Positions 36,916-46,775 of a stretch of 64,000 nucleotides of DNA are shown piece by piece. The translations under genes and the position numbers were made by a program. The notes under the pieces are model-generated. The model was not told the DNA's origin. It was given only the letters and a program-made list of their open reading frames with translations, and made no database searches. Positions within the stretch are counted from its first letter, which is position 1. Each line of letters begins with the position of its first letter. The stretch covers positions 25,587-89,586 of the forward strand of contig JACPJO010000003.1 in NCBI GenBank assembly GCA_016187485.1. The letters are read 5' to 3'. The DNA is from Candidatus Uhrbacteria bacterium (GTDB lineage Bacteria > Patescibacteriota > Patescibacteriia > UBA9934 > UBA10169).

Positions 36916-38118
36916 CTAGTTCGTCGGACACTGCGAGGGATTATTTCCGGGACACGTCTTGATGGTCACCTTGCCGCCGGCGCTTACTGCCCTTGTGTAC
37001 GCAGTACTCCCTTCCCCTGTGTAGAGGTCAAGGCGGCGCCCCTTAATCCATGCCCCACCATCTTCGGCATACCACACAGCATTATTTGCCTCGCCAAGAG
37101 GGGAGTCGAAGATTTTAAACACGGTGCCTTTAGGCAGACAAGAACTTACCGCAGCCGTGTGGAACGCTTGGGGGAGGACGGCGGGTGGGCTGGTTTGGTT
37201 GCAGTAGGTGGTGCCTTCGGGGAACGGAACACAGGGCTGCCACTTTCCTCCGGCGGCGCTGCAGGAAGATTCAGGTTGTCTACCATTCGGACACGTACAC
37301 TGCATAGCGATGTTGCATTCAAAACTTTGATACGCCTGCTTCTCTCCGTAAGACGGTTTGTAATATCCTGTTGTGAAAAATGTTACGCCATTTCTCAACT
37401 CTTCCGTGCTCGGGCACCCCATTCCTTTGAATTCCTCTGCCGTGTCGGCCAACTCTGGGTGAGCGACGATACTTGCGGTGAAGTCTGCATCCGAACGCTC
37501 GATTACTTTAAAACTGATTGGCCGCGAGACGACGAGCTGCGGATTCACCGTGTAGAGGAGCAGATAACTGGCAAGGAGAATGACAAATCCCACGATGGCG
37601 TTTTTTATACGCTCCATGCCTTCCTTCGCGCCCTTGCCGGTGGCGCCGAGCATATACTGAATGCCGCCTACCATGATCATCACCACGGCGAAAACGGCAG
37701 CAATGCCGATGAGCCACCGGTAAATGCCGACGATGTATTGGCCAATGAAGTTCACGGAGACACTCCCGTTTTCAAAGACAGGCTTTGTGAACGAGAAGTT
37801 TGGAATGGGCACGGAAAGGCGCGGGACAATGGGGGATGGCTCGACAGCAGGGGGCGTGTCCTCTACGATTTCTGACCGTGCTTCGGAAGAAATAAAGGTG
37901 CCTCCGGCTTGCTGGACCCGTTCCATACACTGCGTCTGACAACGTTCGTTCAATGGTGTGGAACCGGTCTCGGGAATAAACGCCAAACGTGCAGCGGTGC
38001 TTTTTCCGGTCGGGTAGTAATTGCAGTGGCACGCTTCAACGGTTGTTGTTTCTGCCTGCCCAGACGAAGGAAGAAGTGTCCCAAGAATGAAGACAAGGAT
38101 AAGAGCACGCCGCATCAT
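36916..38118 (-). CDS. secreted Cys-rich protein with internal TM segment and C-terminal 3D (MltA/RlpA-like) domain
   Basis: Signal peptide MMRRALILVFILGTLLPSSGQA. Central hydrophobic stretch IGIAAVFAVVMIMVGGIQY. C-terminal GTVFKIFDSPLG...AEDGGAWIKGRRLDLYTGEG resembles the three-Asp 3D domain. Confidence 0.5.
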   Translation of the reverse strand: MMRRALILVFILGTLLPSSGQAETTTVEACHCNYYPTGKSTAARLAFIPETGSTPLNERCQTQCMERVQQAGGTFISSEARSEIVEDTPPAVEPSPIVPRLSVPIPNFSFTKPVFENGSVSVNFIGQYIVGIYRWLIGIAAVFAVVMIMVGGIQYMLGATGKGAKEGMERIKNAIVGFVILLASYLLLYTVNPQLVVSRPISFKVIERSDADFTASIVAHPELADTAEEFKGMGCPSTEELRNGVTFFTTGYYKPSYGEKQAYQSFECNIAMQCTCPNGRQPESSCSAAGGKWQPCVPFPEGTTYCNQTSPPAVLPQAFHTAAVSSCLPKGTVFKIFDSPLGEANNAVWYAEDGGAWIKGRRLDLYTGEGSTAYTRAVSAGGKVTIKTCPGNNPSQCPTN

Positions 38119-38780
38119 AGGGAAGACGTCAGCATTTGCTGGATTAATGCGCGCAGGGTCTCGGCATCTGGGGTGCCGACGAGTCGCTCTGTGCCTACAA
38201 AGACGGTTGGTGTTGCACTGATGGACAAGGCGAGCCCCTCCTCAAAGTCTTTCTGCACGCGCGGCAGGGTTGCTTTCGCATTCACGCAACGGTCAAAAGC
38301 GTCTGTGTTGAGTTTAAGCGTACGGGCGAGGGCTGTGTACGTGGTGGCACTTAAGAGTTCGCGTTGCGTGAAGAGGAGGTCATGGTAAGGCCAAAAGGCT
38401 CCTTGTTCTTGCGCGCACCTGGCGGCAACGGCTGCGTCTGTGGCAGAGGGATGGAGGTCTTCGTTTGGAAAATCCTTCCACACGACGCGTACTCTGCCTT
38501 CGAATTCCTTCACGAAGGATTCAAGGAGAGCAGACGTATCGGCGCAGGCGGGACAGGCAAAGTCGCCGAACTCCACCAGAGTGACAATGGCGCCCGGGGG
38601 TCCCAAGACAGGGTTGATAATCTCGACACGTGGGGAGGAAAGAGTCGTAGACGTTTCCGCTGGCGGGGAGTTCTTTTCTTTTTTTGCAGATGACAAATAC
38701 AAATGGAACGTAAGAAATACCACCACGAACAAGAAGCTCAAGATCAAGATAGCGCTCCAACGTTCCTCGTGCGTTTGCAT
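38115..38780 (-). CDS. DsbA-family thiol:disulfide oxidoreductase
   Basis: N-terminal TM anchor plus thioredoxin-fold active site FACPAC. 4-nt overlap with the downstream gene. Confidence 0.75.
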   Translation of the reverse strand: MQTHEERWSAILILSFLFVVVFLTFHLYLSSAKKEKNSPPAETSTTLSSPRVEIINPVLGPPGAIVTLVEFGDFACPACADTSALLESFVKEFEGRVRVVWKDFPNEDLHPSATDAAVAARCAQEQGAFWPYHDLLFTQRELLSATTYTALARTLKLNTDAFDRCVNAKATLPRVQKDFEEGLALSISATPTVFVGTERLVGTPDAETLRALIQQMLTSSL

Positions 38781-38782
38781 AG

Positions 38783-40027
38783 TTATTTCAATCGCAGGAT
38801 CTGAAGAATGCCCGTGGAGGCATTTGTGAAGAAGAGGTTCCCTCCATCCTCGCTCACGCTTACGTGATCAATGGACTGCGGTGTGTCGGGAATGGCGACA
38901 AGCTCGGCCGACCCCGTTTCTACATTCACGCGGTAAATAGCGTCGGCACTCTGGGCGGAGAGTTGTCGCTGTAATCCCACGTTTGCCGGCAAGCGTTGCG
39001 GCACGGCGCAGTAAAGTGTTGTTCCTGATGTAAACGAGCATTTGTCCGCCCATGTTTCTACACCGAGACTCTTCCGGTTGTCCCCGATGGATTGGGCGCG
39101 GCCGCTCACCGCCCAGAGCATCGGGCGGTAGCCGTTTGTGTCACCCACCGCGGAGTACACAAGCGCGTCACCCTGCGTATTCCACAAAGGTTGGAAATCA
39201 AATCCTTCCACCACGAGCCCCTTAAAGTTTTCTTCATTCTTGCCGATAGGGATAATCATTTTGCGTCCAAAGCCCGAAAGTGTGGGACCGGTGTCGGAGA
39301 ATGCGATGACTTGATCGTTTGGCGACCAACTTGGGATCACCTTGTCCGCGTTATCGCCAAGAGCAGCGATGGCACGCGTGTTTGAGCCGTCTGTTTTCGT
39401 GATGACGAGGGCGCGGTTACTCGGATCGATCCCTATGCTTTTCGCAAGAATTTCGTCCCCTCTTGGTGCGAAGGAAAAATCTTCCCAGTGGCGCGGTAAG
39501 GACACTTGTTTGCCAGCAGAAAAGTCATAAACAACATTAGATCCGTCGGGGAATTCAAGCACCGCTGATGATCCTTTGGCGTTCCACGTCACGTTCTCGA
39601 CGTTTGCAAACTTTTTGTCAGAGATTCTCTCTACATCTCCCCCTGTGCTAATCCGATAGAATCGCCCGTCTGCTTTATCGTAGTATTGCATGCCATTGCC
39701 GTCTTGGCTCAACGTGGGCGCCGTGACGCGCGCGCTTGTGAGAGCTTGCGTCTGCGTGACGCCCCCTTCTGCAACGGGTTTCGCGCCCGGAAGAGTTTGC
39801 GCGCGCGGAATTTCCGCCGTTCCTTCCGGAGAGGCTGTTCCTGGGGGAGCGCCGAGGCCTGCAGCAGGAAGCCCCGTCTCTTCACGCGTTGTCTCCGCGG
39901 GAGGGATTGCCTCGGGCACGCGTGCCTGCGGGGTTTTGAAAAACACCAAGTAGATAGCCGCGCCCATGGCAGCGATGAGAACAATGAACCCGAGGATAAG
40001 CAGGACCTGCCGAAGACGTGGGGACAT
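38783..40027 (-). CDS. membrane-anchored TolB-like beta-propeller protein
   Basis: N-terminal TM, Pro/Ala-rich linker, and repeats of the PD40/WD40-like type (SWSPNDQVIAFSD, FTNASTG). Confidence 0.5.
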   Translation of the reverse strand: MSPRLRQVLLILGFIVLIAAMGAAIYLVFFKTPQARVPEAIPPAETTREETGLPAAGLGAPPGTASPEGTAEIPRAQTLPGAKPVAEGGVTQTQALTSARVTAPTLSQDGNGMQYYDKADGRFYRISTGGDVERISDKKFANVENVTWNAKGSSAVLEFPDGSNVVYDFSAGKQVSLPRHWEDFSFAPRGDEILAKSIGIDPSNRALVITKTDGSNTRAIAALGDNADKVIPSWSPNDQVIAFSDTGPTLSGFGRKMIIPIGKNEENFKGLVVEGFDFQPLWNTQGDALVYSAVGDTNGYRPMLWAVSGRAQSIGDNRKSLGVETWADKCSFTSGTTLYCAVPQRLPANVGLQRQLSAQSADAIYRVNVETGSAELVAIPDTPQSIDHVSVSEDGGNLFFTNASTGILQILRLK

Positions 40028-40029
40028 AG

Positions 40030-40668
40030 TTATGTTTCAATCTCTGGGAGAAAATTTGGCATGAGAGCGCGGAACATCGGGCGCATTTCCGGGAACGAGG
40101 TATAGGCGTCCAAAGGGTTGAATGCGGCCCACATCACAAAGGCGATGGAGGGGAGGACCACAAAGAAAAGAAACGCAAGAAGCAGGAAGCCCATAGCGAA
40201 GGTGCTCTTTTCAATCAAGTTCATCTTGACGGTGATGGATTTTAGAAAAGGATTTTTACTTTTTGTTATGGTCCGCCAAAACTCAAGAGATCTCCATGCC
40301 ATCCATGTTGCTCCTGCAACGACGCTGCCAAGAATCGTCTCGGCGGTTATGAGAGCCGTACCCAGAAGTGCGCGCTGTTCGTTTCGCACAAACGGCCGTT
40401 TAAGATCTTCTTGTTTTTCTTCTTCCTGTGCCGCATCCTCCGACGCCGACCCCGCCGCAATATTTCCTGCCTCTGCCTCTCGCGCTCGGGCAATTTGTGA
40501 GGCGCGTTCTGCCTCAAGCGTCAGCGCAGCTGCCATGACTGCATCCTCGTCTGCTTGATCTATTGTTGCCGGCCGTGGGATTGCCTCTGTACGCCCAAAA
40601 GAAAGGGGCGCAGCTTTTCCCCCTTCGAATTGCAGCCAACGTTCGTGCTCCACGGCAATGTCGGCCAT
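40030..40668 (-). CDS. hypothetical membrane protein
   Basis: 212 aa. Acidic N-terminal half, then 2-3 TM helices. No family recognised. Confidence 0.4.
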   Translation of the reverse strand: MADIAVEHERWLQFEGGKAAPLSFGRTEAIPRPATIDQADEDAVMAAALTLEAERASQIARAREAEAGNIAAGSASEDAAQEEEKQEDLKRPFVRNEQRALLGTALITAETILGSVVAGATWMAWRSLEFWRTITKSKNPFLKSITVKMNLIEKSTFAMGFLLLAFLFFVVLPSIAFVMWAAFNPLDAYTSFPEMRPMFRALMPNFLPEIET

Positions 40669-40677
40669 AGGCCAACA

Positions 40678-43191
40678 TTATATCACGCGCGCGTTCTCGA
40701 CGACGAGGATATTTCCTTTGAGGCTTACGCGAAGTTTTTTTGGCTTTTTTTGCAGAATCCTGTCCGCAATGAGCGGCTCGACTTCCGTCTCGATAATATG
40801 GCGGAGCGCGCGCGCACCGCCGGTCTCGCGCATAGCATGCAGGGCGAGCCAGGGCGCGACGGCTTTGCCGATCTGGATAGCAACACCCCGCTCTTCCAGT
40901 CGAGAGGCGAGTTCCGCAAAATGCTGCTCCGCAATATCCTCAAGATGCTTTGTTTCAAGAGGACGGAACAAGAGCGTATGATCGATACGGTTTAAGAGTT
41001 CCGGACGCAGAAGATTCTCCAAATCTGTCCGGACATCTTTCATCTCCGGTAGATGTTCCTGCTTGTCTCCAAACCCGAGTTTTGCCCCAGCCCATCGAGC
41101 CGAGCCTATATTGGATGTGAGAACGATGATGGTGTTGCGGAAATTGATCTTGCGACCGGTGGCATCATGCAGTTCTCCTTGATCCAAAATTTGGAGCAGA
41201 ATATTTTGTACGTCGCGGTGCGCTTTCTCGATCTCGTCGAACAGCACAACCGCGTAGGGACGTGCTTTCACTTGGTCGGTGAGTTTTGCTGCCTCGCGGT
41301 ACCCGACATATCCGGCGGGAGCCCCAATCAGTTTAGAGAGGGAAAAGCTTTCACTGAATTCGCTCATGTCGAGCACGACGAGAGATCGTTTGTCTTCAAA
41401 GAGGTACGTGGCAAGCTGGCGCGCGGTTTCGGTTTTCCCCACGCCTGACGGTCCCACGAAAAGGAAGGATGCCAAGGGGCGGTTGTGGTTGTTGATGCCT
41501 GTTTTTGCCCGCAGGATGGCCTTCGCGACTTCATCTGTTGCGTGGCTTTGCCCCACAATCTGCCGGCGCAAATGCGGTCCGAGTTGCATCGTACGCTCGC
41601 GCTCTTCAGCGACGAGTTCCTGTGCAGGAATGCCTGTGGCGCGGCTGATGACTTCCGCAACTTCTTCCACATCGACGACGAACAGGCGGGGTTCCTCTGG
41701 AGCTACCCCCTCCCAATTCTCGATTTCTTTTTTAAGCGCCTGCTCTTTTGTGCGGAGCTGGATAGCCTCCTCAAGCCGTTCGTGTTCGATAGCCTCGCGT
41801 TTTTTTGCGATGATCTGCGCCATAGCCTCTTCTTTCTCACGGAGCTTTCTCCCTTCGGGTACCGGCTGTGCCGAGCGGACGCGCAACATTGCGGCAGCCT
41901 CATCCAACAAGTCGATCGCTTTATCCGGCAAGAAACGGTCGTGCAGATAGCGCGTGCTTAACCGGATGGCTGCAGAGAGGGCCGCGGGCGTAATACGCAC
42001 GTGGTGGTATTTCTCGTAAGCGGGCATGAGCCCTTCGAGCATAGTGAGGGCGACGGAAGCGGTAGGCTCAAGAATCTGCACGGGTTGGAATCGGCGTTCC
42101 AGTGCCGCATCGGTTTCAAAATGTTTTTTGTACTCTGCCGGCGTTGTGGCGCCGATACAGCGAATCTCTCCGCGCGCGAGCGCAGGCTTCAGAAGATGTG
42201 CCGCATCCAGGGACCCGGAGGCAGACCCTGCGCCGATGATGGTGTGGATTTCGTCAATGAAAAGAATGAGATCGGGATGTTCACGCGCCTCCTCGATGAT
42301 TTGCTTCATGCGTCCCTCGAACTCGCCGCGGTAGACCGTGCCCGCAACGATGCTAGGTAAGTCTAAAAGGAGGATGCGTTTCTTGAAAAGGGGGGCCGGC
42401 ACGTCTCCGCTAGCAATACGTTTTGCAAGTCCTTCCACGACTGCGGTCTTTCCCACACCCGGCTCGCCCAGGAGAAGCGGATTATTTTTGGTGCGCCGGC
42501 AGAGGATTTCGATGGTGCGCGTAATTTCGGCCTCGCGAGCGAGGACGGGATCCAGTTCTGTCGCGACACGGGGGGCCGTCAGGTCGCGCGCGAAAAAATC
42601 AAGCGCAGGGGTCTCCGATTTTCCCCCGCCAGACTCCTCTTTCTCCTCTTCGTGATCTTCTTGCCCCAGTTCAGGAATGGGTTTAAGAGCCGTCTCTCGC
42701 GAGGGGATGGCATCACGCAGCATTTCCTCCATCTCTGGAAATCGGGACGCGCTCTTTAAAACTTGAATAACTTGCTCCTGCAAGGTGGACGTGAGAACGC
42801 CTTCGCTTGTGAAAAATGAGGCGACATCGGGGTCCTGCACTTCGAGCATGGCACCGAGAAGGTGCTCTGTCCCCACGTACGGGTGCCCGTAGGTGTGGGC
42901 GATCCATACGGCCTTTTCCAGCATGCGGCGTGATGTTTCCGCGAGCGGCGGGGTAGGGTTGATCGAATCATGCGCGCGCATGCCTTGCGCTACAAAGGAA
43001 CGAAGGCCAGATACGTGTACATGCTGGCGCCGCAGGACTTCGGCTCCCACGCATCCCTTTTGCGTGCCAAGTGCCCACAGCAACATGGCGGGTGTTACGG
43101 CCGGTTGTTTTTCTTCCACAGCAAAAACAAGCGCTCGCGTGAGAACATTTTTTAAGTGAGTGGTGAAACGATCAACGATGTCGCGGGGCAT
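40678..43191 (-). CDS. Clp/Hsp100 AAA+ chaperone ATPase (ClpC/ClpB-like)
   Basis: 837 aa. Duplicated Clp-N repeats. Two AAA modules with Walker A GEPGVGKT and GPSGVGKT, the sensor motif, and a short middle domain. Confidence 0.85.
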   Translation of the reverse strand: MPRDIVDRFTTHLKNVLTRALVFAVEEKQPAVTPAMLLWALGTQKGCVGAEVLRRQHVHVSGLRSFVAQGMRAHDSINPTPPLAETSRRMLEKAVWIAHTYGHPYVGTEHLLGAMLEVQDPDVASFFTSEGVLTSTLQEQVIQVLKSASRFPEMEEMLRDAIPSRETALKPIPELGQEDHEEEKEESGGGKSETPALDFFARDLTAPRVATELDPVLAREAEITRTIEILCRRTKNNPLLLGEPGVGKTAVVEGLAKRIASGDVPAPLFKKRILLLDLPSIVAGTVYRGEFEGRMKQIIEEAREHPDLILFIDEIHTIIGAGSASGSLDAAHLLKPALARGEIRCIGATTPAEYKKHFETDAALERRFQPVQILEPTASVALTMLEGLMPAYEKYHHVRITPAALSAAIRLSTRYLHDRFLPDKAIDLLDEAAAMLRVRSAQPVPEGRKLREKEEAMAQIIAKKREAIEHERLEEAIQLRTKEQALKKEIENWEGVAPEEPRLFVVDVEEVAEVISRATGIPAQELVAEERERTMQLGPHLRRQIVGQSHATDEVAKAILRAKTGINNHNRPLASFLFVGPSGVGKTETARQLATYLFEDKRSLVVLDMSEFSESFSLSKLIGAPAGYVGYREAAKLTDQVKARPYAVVLFDEIEKAHRDVQNILLQILDQGELHDATGRKINFRNTIIVLTSNIGSARWAGAKLGFGDKQEHLPEMKDVRTDLENLLRPELLNRIDHTLLFRPLETKHLEDIAEQHFAELASRLEERGVAIQIGKAVAPWLALHAMRETGGARALRHIIETEVEPLIADRILQKKPKKLRVSLKGNILVVENARVI

Positions 43192-43233
43192 AGGGGGAGT
43201 TGCCGAGTTGCAAAGTGGGAGAGTGCAGAGTAA

Positions 43234-44124
43234 CTAGGCGCTTGCACCGAGAGAACGCAGCCGCCGGATACGGTCCTCAATGGGCGGATGCGTGGAGAAC
43301 AACGTTTCAAACTTTCGGTGCGTAATGTGCGGGTCGAAGGGATTCGCAATGTAGAGGTGCGCCGTGGCGTGATTAGCTCGCGCAAGCGGCTGGTCGAGCG
43401 TGGCAATTTTTTCGAGCGCCCGCGCCAATCCTTCTGGATACCGCGTGGTCATCGCGGCTGTCGCGTCTGCCAAATACTCGCGTTCTCGCGAGACGGCGAG
43501 TTTGATGAGTTCGGCGATAAAGGGAGAGAGAATGGCAAGGACAAGGCCCACGATGAGCAAAGGCCCGGCATTCCGGTTGTCACGGTCGCGCCCCCACAAG
43601 AAACTCCGTGTGAGCATGTCCGACAGCAGAATGATAGAGCCCACCAGGACGACGACGAGTGTCATGAAGCGCACGTCCGCATTCTTGATGTGTCCGAGTT
43701 CGTGCGCCAGCACTCCTTCAAGTTCGACCTTCTCGAGAGTGTCGAGGAGTCCTTGTGTCACGGCGATCACTGCATGTTTCGGATCGCGTCCGGCGGCAAA
43801 AGCATTGGGCGCTCTGTCGCTGATGAGGTACACGGATGGCGTGGGGAGGCCCTCGCTGATCGCCAGATTTTCCACGAGCCGATAGAGTTCCGGGTGATCG
43901 CGCCGCTCAACTTTTTTGGCCCCCGCGACAGCCAGCGCCACCTTGTCTCCGGCAAAATATCCTATAAGCGTGGTGAGGAGAGCAATGGCCCCAGCAATCA
44001 CGAGCCCGTTCGTGGGGTTACCAAGCCATACGCCCAACGCCCATCCTAGAGCGAGCAAGAGGAGGACAAAGGCAAAGACGAGAAGCGCGCTTTTGCGCTT
44101 GTTTTGGGCGAGGGCGTTATACAT
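43234..44124 (-). CDS. htpX: M48 zinc metalloprotease HtpX
   Basis: HELGH zinc motif, TM helices, 296 aa. Adjacent to lemA, as commonly seen. Confidence 0.85.
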   Translation of the reverse strand: MYNALAQNKRKSALLVFAFVLLLLALGWALGVWLGNPTNGLVIAGAIALLTTLIGYFAGDKVALAVAGAKKVERRDHPELYRLVENLAISEGLPTPSVYLISDRAPNAFAAGRDPKHAVIAVTQGLLDTLEKVELEGVLAHELGHIKNADVRFMTLVVVLVGSIILLSDMLTRSFLWGRDRDNRNAGPLLIVGLVLAILSPFIAELIKLAVSREREYLADATAAMTTRYPEGLARALEKIATLDQPLARANHATAHLYIANPFDPHITHRKFETLFSTHPPIEDRIRRLRSLGASA

Positions 44125-44125
44125 G

Positions 44126-44680
44126 TTAGAAGCTCACTTTTGGCGGGTTCACGAGCTCGTCGGGAGCGTCGAAGAACTCGGAAGCGGTAAAGCCGAACCT
44201 TCCGGCCACGAGATTGTTTGGAAAGACCTGGATCCGCGTGTTGTAATCACGCACTTGGCCGTTGTAGAAACGGCGCGCTGCCTGGATTTTGTCTTCGGCG
44301 TCGGTGAGGTCGCGCTGAAGATCCAGAAAGTTTTGCGAGGCTTGAAGCGTGGGATAGTTTTCGGAAACGGCGAAGAGAGACTTGAGTGTTTGTGAGAGCA
44401 TGTTTTCAGCGGCGGCCTGGTCGTGCGGCGTCGTGGCGCTCATCGCCTGTGCGCGTGCGTGCGTCACACGGTCGAACACGTCCTTTTCATGCGCCGCATA
44501 TCCCTGGACTGTCGAAATAAGATTGGGAATCAGGTCGTGTCGGCGCTTCAATTGTACCTCGATGTCTGACCACCCTTCATGGACGCGGTTGCGTGCATGC
44601 ACCAGGCCGTTAAAGGTGATAACGAGCCATAAAATGGCTAAAACAACAACGGCTAAAATGATGAGAAAAACAGGTGACAT
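44126..44680 (-). CDS. lemA: LemA-family protein
   Basis: N-terminal TM, then LemA-like helical domain (NGLVHARNRVHEGWSDIEVQLKRRHDLIPNL). Confidence 0.8.
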   Translation of the reverse strand: MSPVFLIILAVVVLAILWLVITFNGLVHARNRVHEGWSDIEVQLKRRHDLIPNLISTVQGYAAHEKDVFDRVTHARAQAMSATTPHDQAAAENMLSQTLKSLFAVSENYPTLQASQNFLDLQRDLTDAEDKIQAARRFYNGQVRDYNTRIQVFPNNLVAGRFGFTASEFFDAPDELVNPPKVSF

Positions 44681-44733
44681 AGAAAGAATATTCGTGTATC
44701 CTCATCCTACGTCGGCGGGGAGGCCGCGTCAAT

Positions 44734-46083
44734 ATGAATGTTCCAAAAACCATCTTTAAATCGTACGATATTCGTGGGCTTGCGCAGGGAGAATTAAGCC
44801 AAGAATTAGCGCGCCGTGTTGGCGCGGCCGTCGTGCGTCTCACGGGAGCGAAACGTTTGGTTGTTGGACGCGATATGCGCGAGACAAGTCCCGCGTTTGC
44901 AGAAGCTGTTGTTGGGGGAGCAATGGCGGAAGGCGCGCATGTGGTGGATATTGGGCTTTGCTCCACGCCGCTTTTCAATTTTGCCGTGACGCATTATCCC
45001 GACCATGACGCAGGCGTGATGGTGACGGCTTCGCACAATCCTGTTGCCTACAACGGATTTAAAATAGTGCGCCATGACGGTACGGTGGTCGGAGGAGGGG
45101 ATGGAATGGAGGCGGTGGCGGAGTTCGTGCTTTCGGATGCGCCTGTGTCGGATCATGCCGCGGGAAGTGTGACGTCGCTCAACGTGGAAGAAGAGTATCT
45201 GCAGGAGATTTTTTCACAATCTGCCCCGCTTCCTGATCTTTCTGGATTTGTTGTTGCGGTAGATGCGGGTAATGGGATGGGGAGTCTCGTTCTGCGACCG
45301 CTTTTTGAAAAGCTTGGATGCGCATGGCAAGGACTCTACCTTGATCCAGACGGCCGTTTCCCCAACCACGAGGCGAATCCATTGAAGGAAGAAACCCTTC
45401 ACGATATACGGAGGCTCATGGAGACCGCGCATGCGCACGTCGGTATTGCGCTCGATGGAGATGGTGACCGCGTAGTCTTTTTGGACGAAACAGGGGCGGT
45501 GATCCGCGGAGACCACATTATCGCCATGCTGGCGCCTGATATCTTGCGACGGTACCCGGGCGGGAAAATTTACTACGATCTTCGCTCGACACGTCGCGTG
45601 GCAGAAGCGGTGACCTCCGCGGGCGGCGTGCCGGTTATGTCCGAAGTGGGACATGCAAATTTCAAGCGCCACTTGGTGCGCGACGGCGGCGTTTTTGGCG
45701 GGGAGTTCTCCTGTCACTTCTTCTTTAAAGAATTTGGTTCTGCGGAAGCGTCGGAGTATATGATTGTTCTTCTCTTGTCTCATCTTGCCCGTTCAGGGAA
45801 AAAGCTCTCCGAACTTGTGGCGCCCTTTCGCACGCCGCACAGCGGCGAGATCAATTTTGAGGTTGCCGATAGGGAAGCGGCTCTTGCGCGCGTGGTTGAA
45901 AGATACGGGGGGGTAGCGAAACAACGACTGGACATCGACGGCGTCTCGTTCTTTTTTGACGGGTGGTGGTTTAACCTTCGTCCTTCCAACACGGAGCCTC
46001 TTGTGCGGCTGACGCTCGAGGCGGATTCGGCGGAGCTCATGGAGCAGAAGAAGGCGGAGATTTCCTCGCTTGTGGCGGTATGA
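44734..46083 (+). CDS. phosphomannomutase/phosphoglucomutase (alpha-D-phosphohexomutase family)
   Basis: Active-site TASHNP, metal-binding DGDGDR, sugar-binding GGEFSCH. 449 aa. Confidence 0.85.
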   Translation: MNVPKTIFKSYDIRGLAQGELSQELARRVGAAVVRLTGAKRLVVGRDMRETSPAFAEAVVGGAMAEGAHVVDIGLCSTPLFNFAVTHYPDHDAGVMVTASHNPVAYNGFKIVRHDGTVVGGGDGMEAVAEFVLSDAPVSDHAAGSVTSLNVEEEYLQEIFSQSAPLPDLSGFVVAVDAGNGMGSLVLRPLFEKLGCAWQGLYLDPDGRFPNHEANPLKEETLHDIRRLMETAHAHVGIALDGDGDRVVFLDETGAVIRGDHIIAMLAPDILRRYPGGKIYYDLRSTRRVAEAVTSAGGVPVMSEVGHANFKRHLVRDGGVFGGEFSCHFFFKEFGSAEASEYMIVLLLSHLARSGKKLSELVAPFRTPHSGEINFEVADREAALARVVERYGGVAKQRLDIDGVSFFFDGWWFNLRPSNTEPLVRLTLEADSAELMEQKKAEISSLVAV

Positions 46084-46775
46084 TAACGAACATCTATACG
46101 GACTATCGCCATCCAGAGGTTCGAGGATGGATGGCGGGGAAAGAACCCCGGGCTTTTGCGGTCGCTGGCGAGGAGTTGGTAGATATTTGGTCTCGTCCCA
46201 TTCGCCAGATAGAACTAGCAAAGAGCGAAACGCGCAATCGTCTGCGCGCGACGCAAATCACGCGCAAGGATCCTTCCTTGCACATTCTTTCGCCTGACAT
46301 CGAAGGGTGGGTTCTTGTGCGCTTGCATGAAGGAACGGTGGGGTGGGCGCGCAAAGAAGCCTTGCGTGTTGTGGAAACACCTGAACATCCTCACGAGCCT
46401 CTGCTGACCGACGCGGCGTTTTTCGAACTCTATCGTCACACACCCTATGTACGCGGCGGCAACACGCCAAAAGGTATAGATTGCTCTGGGTTTGTGCAAA
46501 GATATTTTGCGCTTGTACACGGAGTCTGGCTTCCGCGACACTCGACGGATCAATGGAAGGCCGGTCGGCCTCTGCACGATGAACCCTGTTTGCCGGGCGA
46601 TATTTTGCAATTGCGTCATCGAGAGAGCAGCCGCGACCATGTGGGTATTTGTTGGGAAGGGGGCCAAGTGCTTCACGCCTGTCTTGACCAGCAAGGCGTG
46701 TCGCTCGAGTCCAAAAAATCGGTACAAGAACGGTATGACATTCTCGGAACCACACGCATTCGATCTCACGAATAA
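46080..46775 (+). CDS. NlpC/P60-family cysteine peptidase with N-terminal SH3-like region
   Basis: Catalytic Cys in GIDCSGFVQRYF, His in SRDHVGICWEG. 231 aa. Confidence 0.7.
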   Translation: MITNIYTDYRHPEVRGWMAGKEPRAFAVAGEELVDIWSRPIRQIELAKSETRNRLRATQITRKDPSLHILSPDIEGWVLVRLHEGTVGWARKEALRVVETPEHPHEPLLTDAAFFELYRHTPYVRGGNTPKGIDCSGFVQRYFALVHGVWLPRHSTDQWKAGRPLHDEPCLPGDILQLRHRESSRDHVGICWEGGQVLHACLDQQGVSLESKKSVQERYDILGTTRIRSHE